Below, piece after piece: positions 25,373 to 38,570 of a stretch of 64,000 bases of DNA. Numbering within the stretch: position 1 is the first letter of the stretch; each line of letters begins with the position of its first letter. The stretch lies in assembly GCF_021028975.2 (NCBI RefSeq), contig NC_059425.1:163184001-163248000 (forward strand), read 5' to 3'. Source of the stretch: Sphaerodactylus townsendi (Eukaryota). The position numbers were made by a program, and so were the translations under genes. The notes beneath the pieces were generated by a model. The model made no database searches. It was not told the origin of the DNA and saw only the letters and a program-made list of their open reading frames with translations.

Positions 25373-26954
25373 CAACAGATATTCATTGCAATCACTCTTA
25401 GGTTTTCTTCCCTGGTATTCAGTCTCTCATTTAATCTGTACTTTTAGGTTTATTTCATTGCTGCAATACTTTATTTTTAAACAGTACATCTGTTTTACTC
25501 ATTGTGATAAATAATATAGATGCACAGGGGATGTATTAAATGGTCCACATATTGTAGTTTAAAGACTTTCAATAGATGTATACATATAGATGTATGGGGG
25601 GTGTATTAAATGGTCCGGGGGGTGTATTAAATGGTCCACATATTGTAGTTTAAAGACTTTCAATAGAATTTTGTTTCCTCTCAGTGCTTTATAAACAAGT
25701 CAGAATCATTAAAATTATCGCAGACACATATGGAATCCAATTGCTTGTCTGAAAGAGAGCAATTGATGCCAACCACTTATACAGGGAGGCAAAGTCCAAC
25801 TTAAAAAAGAAAAACTTCTTAGCTATGCTATGGAATTTCCAGATTGCAGCTTTCATACCTGTGAAAGGTAGGCCCTGAGTCCTTTTGATTTTGAAAGCTA
25901 TTTTAATTGAACTATTATTGAACTATTGAGAGTTCTGTACCTGAAACTTTTATTTATTTATGTACTATATTTATTTCATTCATCACTGTTTGCTCTAAAA
26001 GATTCCAGAAGCCGTGTACATAAAATGCTCCACAGAAAGCACCTGCAATAATCTCTCCGCCATTTTACTCATACAGCAAACCCTGAGAGAGTTTGACTGA
26101 CCCAAGGTCTCTCAGTAAGCTTCCATGGTAGAGTGGAGATTCTGGGACCTTAGTTTGACACTACAACAACCCCACCACATTATGGCTTAACCCAAGAGTA
26201 CAGACAAAGATAAATAGATTATTTGGCTCTTATTCCTATCTCTCAGGATCTCTGCCACAATGTCAGGCTATGCAACATGGTCACTTCATGTTGCTTGCTA
26301 ATGGACTCTTGTAGCAGGTAATGATTCATGCTGTAGTACTAGCAGAAGCTTCCTTGGTTTCAGACGTTTGACAAAGATGGTGGCAGATTCAATGAATCTC
26401 ATACCTAATGCTTAATAATAGATAGCTTGATCAAACAAAATGGATGCTTTGATAAGAGGCCTCCTATGTAGTGTTCATAATATATCACATCCACATGCTA
26501 GTGAGCAGGAATCAGGACAGGCTTTGCTGGCAGTTAATTCAGCCAATTTTTTCCATTTTGCTATTTCCAACTTATGCGTAGATGGTTTCGGCTCCACAGA
26601 AAGAACGTCAGAGACCCTAGCTGATCATGCCATCAGGTGTGGGGTTTTAAATGGGCCCATGTGAACTAGATTCTCCTTGACTGGGAGAGTCATATGAACA
26701 TCCTTTGAAAGCCTCCAGCGGGCAGGGAACCAAGCCATTTTCGGCCAAGTTGGGGCAATAAGGATGCATTATGTCTGATCTGCTTTTACCTTGGGCATCA
26801 CCTTGTGAAGGATGGTGATCAGGAAGGGGGAGGAAGGCATAATAAAAACATCCTTGCCAATGGAACTGAAACAGTGCATTTGATATTTTAATTTCATTTG
26901 ATATTTTAATTGCAGTTGAGAGGCAAAGAGCTAAATTGCAGGTTGATCCCACTG

Positions 26955-27262
26955 AGAGCCAGCGTGGTGTAGTGCTTAAGAGCAGGTGGATTCTCATCTG
27001 GAGAACCAGGTTTGATTCCCCACTCCTCCACCTGAGTGGAATACTTTTATCTGGTGAACCAGATGTGTTTCTGCACTCCTGCTGGGTGACCTTGGGCTAG
27101 TCACAGTTCTTTGGAAGTCTCACAGCCCCACCTTTGGAAGTCTCGCAAGGTGTCTGTTGTGGGGACAGGAAGGGAAAGGAGCTTGTAAGACACCTTGAGT
27201 CTCCATATAGGAGAGAAAAGTGGGGTATAAAACCAAACTCTTCTTCATTCTTCTTCTTCTTT
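26955..27262 (+). mobile_element. Squam3-type SINE
   Basis: A box TGGTGTAGTGCTT, B box GGTTTGATTCC, (TTC)n tail. Confidence 0.85.
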
Positions 27263-27387
27263 GATGGACCACTCGTGTTCCCCATTTCTCTGCTCAGTAC
27301 ATCCTCCATTACTTTGCGGCACCCTGCTATATGGTTTGCATGGAGTTAACATGTTTTTTTGTATGGCTCAGTTTGTTATGTGGATGG

Positions 27388-27657
27388 AAGAAGAAGAGTT
27401 TGGGTTTATATCCCCCTTTTCTCTCCTGTAGGAGACTCAAAGGGGCTTACAAACTCCTTTCCCTTCCCCCCTCACAACAAACTCCCTGTGAGGTAGATGG
27501 GGCTGAGAGAGGTCAGAAGAATGGTGACTAGCCCAAGGTCACCCAATGGGCATGTGTTGGAATGCACAAGCTTATCTGAATTCCTTAGATAAGCCTCCAC
27601 AGCTCAGGTGTCAGAGCGGGGAATCAAACCCAGTTCCTCCAGGTTAGAGTACACCTC
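27388..27657 (-). mobile_element. Squam3-type SINE (5'-clipped)
   Basis: gaagaagaagagtttgg tail; body matches the 4047 copy. Confidence 0.85.
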
Positions 27658-28168
27658 TTCTGTTCCTGCTTATGTAAAATTGTGTAGATGTGTTGTCTGT
27701 TGCTTTTACTGCGTAGAAGCATTACAAAAGAAATGAGAGTATACACAACTGCTTTGAGTTCTAAGAGACTGTTATGAAATGTACCCCCCCCTCCCCCCCG
27801 CTGATTAGCACCCATTTGTTCACAACGAACTGTGGCGAGTCTCTCCCCTTCCAGAGAAGCATCAGTGAATTTGAGACTCGGGAAAGGAGAGTCTGTGTTG
27901 AGTCTGAACTTATGAATGAACGAAGCATGAGGGACCACTACAGGGGTAGATGCCATAAGGCCTAACAGTTCCTGAAGCTATATTGCTCCTTGGAACTTAT
28001 TAGACAGGAATCACAATGCCTAAGATCAAATAGCTCCTGCCCTCTGCTTTGGCAGGAGACTCACGTTAATCAAATTGGCTTCTCATGTTATCTGAACACA
28101 CTCTGTGGGTTTTGAGAAGAAGAATAAGCCATTCAAAGATATTCATCCAAGCCAACTGAAAATACATC

Positions 28169-28174
28169 TTTAAT
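28169..28174 (-). terminator. Candidate NBAS polyadenylation signal (ATTAAA)
   Basis: First AWTAAA-type hexamer I found on the minus strand after the stop (~490 nt downstream), followed by T/GT-rich sequence. No transcript evidence. Confidence 0.4.
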
Positions 28175-28657
28175 TAATTAATGCAAAGTTTTGAAGTTAT
28201 AAGTAAAGTTCAAAATAGTGGGTTATTTGAACTTGCAAAGATTCCTAAAGTGGGCCTTCTCAGACACGTTCATCTGAGTGAGTTCTATTCACCCCCACCC
28301 CCCCATTTAAGTTATATTTGTACTTTCATCCTGAGCTGAAAGTGTGCATAATGGCTAATCATTTTGCCAAACACTACTTTACATGGATATCATTCACAGA
28401 TTACAGCAACTGCATTGAAACCTTTGGACAGGAGTTTTTTTCTTGTACATATAAACAAGACTTACTAATAGGACTGGATGTACTGCAAGGAAGTATTTAA
28501 GTATGCACATGTCAACACTTAATGCAATGCAGATAAACTCTGTCCGTTCTCTCTAATAATAACTTTTAGGCTGATTTCTATCACCAAGGGGCCCAAGATG
28601 AGCAGTACATGGCTGCGGCACCTGCTTCAGGAAGCATAATCCGAAATGCTTTGCCAT

Positions 28658-28933
28658 TTAGATCCAGTGCCTGATTGTGCTCAGAGCTGCGCCAAATGTC
28701 CGGAGGGCAGGATGTGTCCCTTTACAGGCCATCAAGAGGGAGCCTGCCTCAGCCCGGCAGCCCGCTTCTTGAAGTTGTCTCGCTATTTCTTCGATATTCC
28801 AACGCCCTTCCTCTTGTGTCGCCAGCAAGTGGTGCACCAGATGAGAGTAGAAGACAGTGGAGACGCATCTCACTGCCAACTTCTCATCCAAGAGCAAGGA
28901 CAGCAGTTCAGAGTCACAGTTAGAATCGTCAAC
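28658..28933 (-). CDS. NBAS: NBAS last coding exon (276 nt including TAA)
   Basis: Acceptor ttatttttgcag. Translates VDDSNCDSELLSLLLDEKLAVRCVSTVFYSHLVHHLLATQEEGRWNIEEIARQLQEAGCRAEAGSLLMACKGTHPALRTFGAALSTIRHWI*, the recognisable NBAS C-terminus (DSNCD.ELLSLLLD...EAGSLL...GTH...RTF..AL....HW). Confidence 0.96.
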   Translation of the reverse strand, partial: VDDSNCDSELLSLLLDEKLAVRCVSTVFYSHLVHHLLATQEEGRWNIEEIARQLQEAGCRAEAGSLLMACKGTHPALRTFGAALSTIRHWI

Positions 28934-29271
28934 CTGCAAAAATAATAAGTGGGGGTTACCCGAATTGCTCAATCTGGTTTTAGTTCTGAAGCAGGGAAGA
29001 GTGGGTGTTCTGTTGTGCTTAACAAAACTAAAACAGAAGGATGAGGAAAAGCAGAAGAAAAAATTAGCACTTAGTATGCCACACACAAAACCATCTTCTC
29101 TCCTCTTGAGGCAGACATGGGGCTGTCAGCTTCTGTACCCCCCACCCTCCAATTAAATCAGCTCTCTGAAAGATGACTGGATGCTAGAGCAGCATCCAAC
29201 AGCTGATTGGCTGTTTCTTCTTCACAGGCCTGACAGCCTCCTGTCTGTCGCAACTCTGAAAAATCCAGCGG

Positions 29272-29495
29272 NNNNNNNNNNNNNNNNNNNNNNNNNNNNN
29301 NNNNNNNNNNNNNNNNNNNNNNNNNNNNNNNNNNNNNNNNNNNNNNNNNNNNNNNNNNNNNNNNNNNNNNNNNNNNNNNNNNNNNNNNNNNNNNNNNNNN
29401 NNNNNNNNNNNNNNNNNNNNNNNNNNNNNNNNNNNNNNNNNNNNNNNNNNNNNNNNNNNNNNNNNNNNNNNNNNNNNNNNNNNNNNNNNNNNNNN
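29272..29495. other. Assembly gap (224 N)
   Basis: Run of N, ending in a C-run. Confidence 0.99.
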
Positions 29496-31874
29496 CCCCC
29501 GAAGGGCTCTGACTAAGACTGTCCACATGCATACTGTTCCTGTCCACACAGCACAACAAACACATGCATCAGAAGAATCATGAGTAGTGTGTGATATGAT
29601 CCCATTACGTGAGTTTGCTGGGTTCCCAGTATGCATTACTGGGACAGCTGAAAAGACCTTGCACCGAGAAGGTATTAGAAAAATTCCTCAATGATGTCTT
29701 CCGTTTGAGCACAGTCCTCACAACTTCATGTGAAAATGCACTATCCACAATGTGTACAAAGCATTAATCAGTCATCATATATTAACCCTAATAAATACAC
29801 TGTTTATGACTGAGATGCTGCAGGATGGTGTTGTAGTTAATACTGTCTGTCTACTACCAAGAAATCCCACCTTCAAATCCCAATTGGGCTATGAAGCTCA
29901 TGGGGAAACAATGGACTAGTTCTTATCTCTTAGTCAACTTCACAGCATTTTAGTGAAGACAAGATGGGGGAGGTTCCAGGTATGCTATCTTGGAAGAAAG
30001 TTGAGGTGCAAATAGAAATATCAATATCTCTACTTAAATCCCTTGAGTGGCTGTGCCAGAGGTGGCTGACCCATGGTCTGCTTATAGCAGTGAAGTTGGC
30101 TTCAGCCAAACAAAGCAGATCTGCAAGTGTGCCAAGCTTAAGTGATCTGTGTAGGCAAGGGGTCATCCATTCTGACATATCAGAACACACCTGCTCTTAA
30201 CCACTACGCCACTGCTGCTCCAAAAGATATGGCAGTGGGTGCCAAGGTGACCATGGGTACCATGTTGGGGAATCTGGTGCAGACTGCCATAGTTGATGCT
30301 GAACTTACTGAGATGATAAATCAAAAACACATTATGGCACATTATGAGACGTGCCCTCTGAACATTTCAGCTCTCATAGACGATACTATGTTGTTTTAAG
30401 AGCACAAAACACTTCACGCTTTTAAGCTCCAAATGAACAGGCCATTAAAATAATCATAAAAGCCAGCCTACACTGTAAGGGCTGTATATTCAAAGATACT
30501 TTTTTGTACGAACAACTTCAGCTGAGAAAACACTCCTTGTACAACTATGTTGAATGTCTTCCTACAAGTTTATGACTGTAAAAAACAGTTATCTTTGGTT
30601 CTCTGAATGTGGTCATATTTTGTAACTTGATAGATGTCATAGTGAGAAGAATTATTAATGTGACAGTCAGCCAAAGTGCCTTCGCTCCTTTTCTGGTTGT
30701 CAAAAATGGTTCAAAGACACACGATGACTCAACAGTGAAAAGTTATTTCTTTCAGAACTATAACCTGCCTTAGCAAACAGGGCCTGTGTGACTAACCACA
30801 GCTGGACATAAATAAGAATGGACAGCTGTCCTAGAATACCTCATAATCTCAACCATACAAGAAACATAAGGGAATATTTAAAGGAAACCCAAGGACAGAC
30901 TAGACCCACCGGCCTGTTTCAGGTCATCATCAGCCAGTGCCAGAACCCAGACAACTAAAAGTGTTTGATCCTGCAGATCAATTGCCATTGGAGGTGTTTA
31001 GTTCTGGCTGAAGGAGTTTCCCCACCATGCGAGGTGCTTGGGAAAGCATCTTGTATTAAAAGGAACTCTTCTTCTGTTGAATATATTCAGTTAAGGTAAT
31101 AAAGGTTCGCTGAAAGAACTCAAGGAAGATAACGTTATTTTAAACCTACACCCTCAGAATAAGCCAGATGACCCTTATTATCTGCAAATACAACATTATA
31201 ACCTGTTCTAACACCACCTCCACTAGTGAAATGGATCTGTGGGATCCGTTCCCCAAATGGATCTGTGGGATCCATTACCCAAACACGTGTCCACTTATTC
31301 CATGATCAAAAATCACACAACCAGCCACGAGTACGGTTACCTTAATTTTCAACAAAATATGAAATACTGCATTTTATACATGTGATAAAATGCAGAATTG
31401 TGTTGCGATGGGAACGAGGACTAAGAAGTTAATTCAAGGGAGGTGGGGAGAGGAGATGGAATTTCAGTTCTGTAGGATGCTTTCAGTTCAGCAGTGTGTT
31501 AACAGATGCTGTCTTGTCGTGCTCCTTAATAGACAATGAGAGAGAGAGTATTTAAAAAAACCTCCTTCTCTTCATAAATACAATGACAATCAGGATGGCC
31601 TTTTTGGCTGGTTGGTGGGGATCCCCTCCCTTCTTCAACAGCAGAAAAGCCAGTCACATCTCAGGTCTCAGGTCTCAGATATCTTGGCTCAGTACTGTAT
31701 GCATTCCTCCCTGAGTTTGGTGTTGTGTGTGATCACCACCAACTTCAATTAAATTGCATTCACACATGATCCTGGTGCAGAAGTATAACCTAACCAGGGA
31801 CTGGGTACAGCTACTGTTGTGACTCAGTCTCTCCCAGTTCTCCTCCTCACTGTCCCATATGTCTTTCATACATA

Positions 31875-32092
31875 GCACTATAGTGGTTAAGAGCAGTGGA
31901 CTTTAATATGGAGAACCAGGTTTGACTCCCAACTCCTCCATGTGAAGCCTGGTAGATGACCCTGGACCAGTCACAGTTCTCTCAGTACTCTTTCAGCCCA
32001 CTGATCTCAGAAGGTGTTGTTTGGGGTGGGGTGGGGAAGGCAAGGCAAGGCTATTGAAAGCTGCTTTGACTCTCCTTGTAGTTGAGAAAAAC
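31875..32092 (+). mobile_element. Squam3-type SINE
   Basis: tagtggttaagagcagtggac...ggtttgactcccaactcctcca...gtcacagttctctc. Confidence 0.75.
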
Positions 32093-32232
32093 AGAGGCCC
32101 CTTCCGCACACACAAAATAATGCGTTTTCAAACCACTTTCACAACTGTTTGCAAATGGATTTTGCCATTCCGCACAGCTTCAAAGAGCACTGAAAACAGT
32201 TTGAAAGTGCATTATTCTGCTTGTGCGGAATG
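32093..32232. mobile_element. PIF/Harbinger-like MITE (right TIR truncated); second copy ~32866-32993
   Basis: Palindromic ggccccttccgcaca...ataatgc / gcattatt...tgtgcggaa; G-rich TIR start. Confidence 0.6.
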
Positions 32233-33329
32233 AGAGAGAGAGTATTTAAAAAAACCTCCTTCTCTTCATAAATACAATGACAATCAGGATGGCCTTTTTG
32301 GCTGGTTGGTGGGGATCCCCTCCCTTCTTCAACAGCAGAAAAGCCAGTCACATCTCAGGTCTCAGGTCTCAGATATCTTGGCTCAGTACTGTATGCATTC
32401 CTCCCTGAGTTTGGTGTTGTGTGTGATCACCACCAACTTCAATTAAAAACAGAATTGGTTATGCTTCTTAATACACTTCAAAACACCTAATTAAAATTAT
32501 TTCTTTCTAAATCTGGTTGGCAATGATCACACACAATTACTAAGCCCTGCTAGAAGGGTGAAGGAAAATTTAAGCTCAAAAGCAGAGGGAAGGGCCACAC
32601 AATCTCACAACAAGTTGGCTCACTGTCACCAGTTCCAGGGTATGGATGGAAGGGGAAAGGGAAGGCAGGATGTGCTGTCTCTTCACAGACAGGATGTGTT
32701 ACCTCTTCACAGACTTTATAAAATCCCATTCTATCTGCACCTAAAGAATGTGTAGTCATTTCTTCCCATCTAATTTGCCGCCAAAATAACCTCTTTATTT
32801 AAATGGGCAAACATCAAATATTAAATAGCCATGTCCCCGGTAAGAACTATGGAGACAGAAGAGCAGGGGCCACTTCTGCACATGCAGAATAATGCACTTT
32901 CAATCCACTTTCAAAGCAGCTGTGCAAAATAGCAAAAACCACAATTGTGAAAGTGGATTGAAAGTGCATTATTCTGCATGTGCAGACAGGGGGATTCAAA
33001 CTGGATGAATATCACTGTACCATACCGGCAGCCAAGCTACTCTTCCCACACAACTGTTGCCTTGATTTCCCTGTTTCAGAATTCAAAGGGCTCCCAACAA
33101 GCAAGATTGGAGTGTAGCTAGACAGAGGGATGGAATCCTCGCTGGTTAGCTGTTCATCTTCACTCGCCTCATTCCCTCTTAGGTATTCACCCTATTCCTT
33201 CTCCTCTCACGTCAAGAACATTAACTTCTAAAAAAAAGAGAGTGCTAGATACAGATCAACAACAAACAGCTAGATACAGATCAACAACAAACAGATCAAC
33301 AACAAACAATTTTGCATTTTTGCATACTT

Positions 33330-33745
33330 GATCCTCTCCAGTTTTCTTTGCCTCTTAACAGGGGAGCCTAATAGTTTCTCAACGCATGGAATAAATATGG
33401 AATAATGCCCCAAAATAAGCAAGAAAAGGCTAAAAGATTGTGCCCATGCAACGATGGCTCAGTTGAACCTCTGGCCCACCAATTACTACACTGTCTCAGA
33501 TTCAAGGAAATCAGATCCAAGTATGTGAATCTTACTCCTTTACATTTACCCCATCTCCCCGATTTAATTAGATTACACTACTTGTTGGCCAACCCTGATC
33601 CTTCTCTCTGTATGATAGTGGCAGACTTTCTCCTGGAAATTACTAAACGCCAGTAGATTTCCTACGACCTGTATTGTATATGCTTTTTAATCTGCTTTTA
33701 TTACTGTTGTACTGTTGTCTATGCCAATAAAGGCTTGCTTCTTAT
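33330..33745 (+). mobile_element. Non-LTR retrotransposon 3' end (RTE-X-like) with CCHC knuckle
   Basis: ORF 33405..33656 contains RLCPCNDGSVEPLAHQLLHC..FKEIR (Cys/His knuckle), then a short 3'UTR ending gccaataaaggcttgctt. Confidence 0.7.
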
Positions 33746-34907
33746 AAAAATCACCTCTGTCTTTTGCCTTGAAAACCCATAAGTCAGCTATGCAAGGGCA
33801 AAGCTGAGGGGGAACTGCGCTTGGGGCATGTTTGCGTCCTGCCGCAGCATCGCCCGCCCTGGAACGCCTCCCGTCGCGTTGCGTCCCCCGCCCTGTTGGC
33901 ACTACACCACAGCAGCTGTGACTTGATGGCACTCATACATATAACATTCATAGCATTTTTTATTAGTTAACTTTCAAGATTCCTAGTAGAAAAACCAGCA
34001 TTCACCTTACACAGCTCTTGGACTTGATTTTATAGATTTACACAAAGCAAACAGTAATTACAGTAATGAGCCGAATTAAAAAAAAAATCCAGTTAAACAA
34101 TCATGGCAGAGTAGTGATTTAAATGAAGTGTTCTTTCCAGTCCATTGTTCAGCTCTTAATAGATCATCCTTGCATTGAAAACATTTATTGCCCAACATAA
34201 TTTACACACTAGAGGTCAAAATAAAATGTCTGCAGCCTAAAAACTAATTATACTTCTCTGGTAAGGTAATTTGCTACACAGAGCTCTGATGTGGTTCCAA
34301 CTGGGGATAATATGAATATAGTGAAGGAATCAGACAGGACTGTCCATCCAGCTGAAGTACTCTGATTCTGGGCCATCTAGACACCTGTCTATCAGATATG
34401 TTTCCAGGACCTTTGTGTGTGAAATCCAATACAAAGAAGTTCAGTCTACATAACTGTTTTTGACATGGGTATTAATGAGGCAGATCATGCCTACAAATGC
34501 TGGATTTGACAAACCTCTGTAGACTTCCAGTAGTCATGGAATAGAAGAGGCGCACTTCCATCTGGTGGTTAGGTCAGGAGACCACAATCCTACCCTTCTA
34601 CAGCATGTTGCCTTCTGTACTGGGTCTGCAGTTATCACTGATTTGTTCAACATCCACCATTCACACAATTTTCTGAAGGTTCGCCATGCTCTTTGGACAA
34701 TTAGAAAGGTAACATCAGGATGGCTGATTTATCCATGTAATTTTCTTGAGAAGATCCTTGGAAAACAAGATACTAAATTTCCCTTCAATCTTCCTTAAGC
34801 AATGCTTGAATTTTTTTAAAAATTACATCAGGATTAAACCTTTGACTACTTGGCGGATCTATATATATTACAACAGGCCCTGTCTACTTTTATAAATATT
34901 CTGTTCA

Positions 34908-35211
34908 GAAGAAGAAGAAGAAGAAGAAGAGTTTGGATTTATATCCCCCCTTTCTCTCCTGTAGGAGACTCAAAGGGGCTTACAATCTCCTTGCCCTTCC
35001 CCCCTCACAACAGACACCCTGTGAAGTGGGTGGGGCTGAGAGAGCTCCCAGAAACTGTGACTAGCCCAAGGTCACCCAGCTGGCGTGTATGGGAGTGCAC
35101 AGGCTAATCTGAATTCCCCAGAGAAGCCTCCTCAGCTCAGGCGGCAGAGCTGGGAATCAAACCCGGTTCCTCCAGATTAGATACACGAGCTCTTTTCCTA
35201 CGCCACTGCTG
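34908..35211 (-). mobile_element. Squam3-type SINE, young subfamily
   Basis: (GAA)7 tail; near-identical to the 4047 and 56242 copies. Confidence 0.88.
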
Positions 35212-36249
35212 CTCCTTGCAAGGACTGCTGCTCCTTGCAAGAGTTCAGAATGCTGAGGGTATCTGTTTGATTCAACATATGGCTGTCTGGGTTATAAAGG
35301 CCACTATAAGGCAAACAAGCAAAAAGTGAATTTGCAAGAGGAGTCCTTAAAAGCTTTGGAAAGAGCTTGAAAAGAACCATGAAAGGCAAACGTTAGGCTA
35401 CAGAATCCAGCAGACCTTGACATATGTAAATCTACAGGCCCAGAGGCCTACAGAACTAAAATTCGAGCCTGCTGCTTAGGAGAAAAATTTCTGTTCATTT
35501 GGAAAATACTAGCAGAAATTACCAGGACATCGTTTCTATTAATTTGGGTCTTCAGGTCTCAGTGTTTGCTCTGTATCGGCCCTGGGCAATGCTTGTTGTG
35601 TTTTAGCAACCTTGGTGAGAAACCACAGAAACCACTTGATTTTATAGATTTTATAGATTGGCACTGAAGGAGGTCAGAAGTCAGAGCAGCCAAGAAAAGT
35701 TGAGGTAAGAGAAACACACAGTGGATGGGACATGAAACATTTTGGTCATGATGACAAATGAAGCATTCTGCTCTCTAGAGGGAAAATCTCACTTGCATCA
35801 TCATTGGGTTCAAGAGTTTAATGATTCAAGTACTCTGATATGTAAGGTTGAGATTTAGAGGAACTGAGAGACGCAGAGAGGTTCAGTGAGGGGGTCTATG
35901 GCATTCAAAGCTTTAAATAGTTAAATGACTCCATAACACTCTGTGGATTAAATGTACTTTCCTGAAGTCTAACCAGGAATGTAAAAAATAATATATCACC
36001 TTTCCCCCATGCATTTAAATAGAGATATATGTCTGGCATGCATATATATTCCCTATAGATATGTTGAATTTTCATGTGAATGTATAAGGTTAACTCTCTC
36101 TAAAGCTTGTTTTCAAGAAAGACTGTTTTCTGTCTTTAGGCTCTTCTGCACTCTCCTTTTCATTGTTGGTATGCCTCTATTGTATCCCAGTTTTAAAGTT
36201 TAGGGAAATATGCCTGACATACATCAATGTAATATCAAATCTACCACTA

Positions 36250-37480
36250 GAGGGAGCAAAACATGTGCAGAATTTTTTTAAAAACTCTGAACCAATAGGA
36301 AGTCATAAGTGATGAAAATCAAAGTATAGAAATAGGACCAGTGAATATTTGGACAGGGTTGGACCAGTTTCAAGATCCAGCATCCCCAGATGAGCCACTT
36401 ACGATTCAAGATATGGTCTAATTGACATTTGGGACAGTAGTTGGGCAATTTCCCAATGTTCTGGGGTGAGTCTTGGGAAAGGCGACCTGGAACTCTTTTA
36501 GGAGTTGAATTTCGGGATAACGGAGAAAGGATAGCTTGTCCCACACTGATTAAAAGGAAGCCACATGGAATTTGCATGATTTCCATTAATGTCAAAGTGA
36601 TCAGGCAAAGAGTTCTTGCCAAGTTTTTATTAGAAGACCCTCAACAACAAACTAAAAAAACCCCAGAACTGGTTGTATGACAAAATTTGCTAGGATGATG
36701 TCAGCTTATAGTACAAAGGAGGATACTCTGAAAAGGTGTAAGAGTTCTGAAGTGGAAGGGTGAAGGCTTATGGCCTCTCTCTTTGCTCTTTTTCAGGTTA
36801 TCATCCTCTTCTGATTGAGTGCAAAAAATGCTGGTGTAAACTCTCTCATCTTGATTGCTCCAATTAGTTGAGAAGTGTTCTTAGAAATTGGTTCTCAGAG
36901 ATTATCATAATTTGTAATTTGGTACTGCAAGGATCTAGCGCAGCGGTCAGATTTTTTGGGATTTATTGTACTTTCTGGGGGCTAGTTCTTTTGGATGAGA
37001 AACTAGTGGATAATTTATTTTGTGATAATTTTGGGGGTGGGGGTTGGGGGGAGAATTAATTTTTTTGGGATGAGGAATCTGTAATAAATCGGTGAAATGA
37101 AGGAATGAACCTTGCTGCCTTAAATAATTCCTTGTTGAATAGCTGAAATCAAGTAGTTAATATTTGGATTTCGTCTGGTTCATTTCATGTGGAATTTGCT
37201 TCTTTTGCGCTAAGGATAAAGGATCCCTTACAATTAAGTTTGCTGACAGTTAACACAAAGAGGGAAGTATTCAGGCTATGATAATTTATTTATCCACTTT
37301 AAGCTAAATATTCCAGGCCCAGTTCAGACCAATTGAAACTTTGGCTTCATTTAAACTAATTGTTGTTAGTATGATTCTTTGAACATGGACACTTCTACCA
37401 ATCCTGATCCAGGATCTGGACTTGATTTATTAACTATGGTTTCAAAAAGCATGTATCCACAAAGCATGTATCCATCTATC
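36250..37480 (-). mobile_element. Decayed L1/Tx1-like ORF2 remnant
   Basis: Minus-strand CPKCQLDHILNRKWLIWGC resembles the L1 C-terminal CxxC...HxxWxC knuckle; the upstream A-rich decayed coding sequence resembles the post-endonuclease linker. Confidence 0.5.
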
Positions 37481-38164
37481 CTGGCTTGTTCTTTGAAGAT
37501 GACTTTCCCGGGCTAAGGTAAACCAGGATTTGAGTGTCTGTGTTAGAGATGAATCCTGTTTTCGCAAACTATTCACAGAAAAAGTAGCTTCACATGAATT
37601 TTAATTGAATCACAAAGAAATAAATCTCTTGCTGAAATGAAAAAGAAAGGCTTAACAACAAAGGCCTCATTTAAAAATCCATACATACTTTCCAAGACAT
37701 GGAAATAGAATAAAACAGCTTGCTCAGGAAGCATCATTAATGCAAGGCAGAAAGAGAGAGAGAAAACAAGCTGGAAAAAAACCAAGCTGTTATTTTGCCT
37801 TATTAACACAAGATCAGTACAGCAAAACCCCAAATCTATTCACCTGCATTTTCCAAATGTTTTCTTTTTATCATTTTGTTTATAAGGTTTATTTTCCAAT
37901 CAAACCAATCGTGTCACACAGAAACCTCCCTACTTTGACAACGAATATAAAACAACATGGGAACTGGCCAATTTCAATAGTTGTTATGCTAGCTTGAGAG
38001 ATGAGTGATGTTTTCAAAATTTATTCACAATTCACAAAAATTCAAAATTTTTATTCACAAGTCTTGAATAAGTGGGTTATTTTATAGAGGGCAACCCCCC
38101 CTCCCTTTTATAGAGGGCAAAAAAAGGCATGGTTGTACATGCTAATTTAGCCTTTAATAACAAG

Positions 38165-38570
38165 TGGCTTTTGGGGTGTGGGGGAGAGAGGGAAGGCTTT
38201 TGCCAGGCCCCTGCAGGGCTGGCTGGGCATTTTGGGTGGGTGGAGGGCAGGAAGGCTTCTGCCGGGTCCCTCAGGCCCGACTGGGCTTTTGTCGTGGGGG
38301 AGAGGGTGGGAAGGCTTCTGTCAGGCCTCTGCAGGGCCGGCTGGGCATTTTGGGTGGGGGAGGAGGGAGGGAACGCTTCTGCCGGGCCCCTGCAGACCCG
38401 GCTGGGCTTTTGGGGTGGGGGGAGGGCGGGAAGTTTTCTGCCGGGCCCCTGAAGGGCTGGCTGGGCTTTTGGGGTGGGGGGAGGGCGGGAAGTTTTCTGC
38501 CGGGCCCCTGTAGGGCTGGCTGGGCATTTTGGGTGGGGGAGGAGGGAGGGAGGGCTTCTGCACCCCATCC
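38165..38570. repeat. G-rich ~60-bp minisatellite (about 6-7 units) inside a probable hAT element ending at 38861
   Basis: Unit ggctgggcttttggggtgggggagggcgggaagttttctgccgggcccctgaagggct; downstream TIR-like end gtagcttcgccactg. Confidence 0.85.

Larger units (their letters stand above)
31535..32447 (+). repeat. Identical 219-bp direct repeat (31535-31753 and 32229-32447)
   Basis: Both copies read aatgagagagagagtattt...caccaacttcaattaaa with no difference that I could find. Confidence 0.92.

Noticed and set aside
26955-27030. tRNA-like A/B boxes here and in other SINE heads
   Set aside because: These are SINE promoters; no cloverleaf or acceptor stem, so they are not tRNA genes.
28934-29086. 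N-terminal 51 aa of ORF 28658..29086
   Set aside because: Intronic sequence upstream of the ttgcag acceptor; only 28933-28658 is NBAS coding.
29158-29636. ORFs spanning N runs (also 54566-55047)
   Set aside because: Artefacts of assembly gaps.
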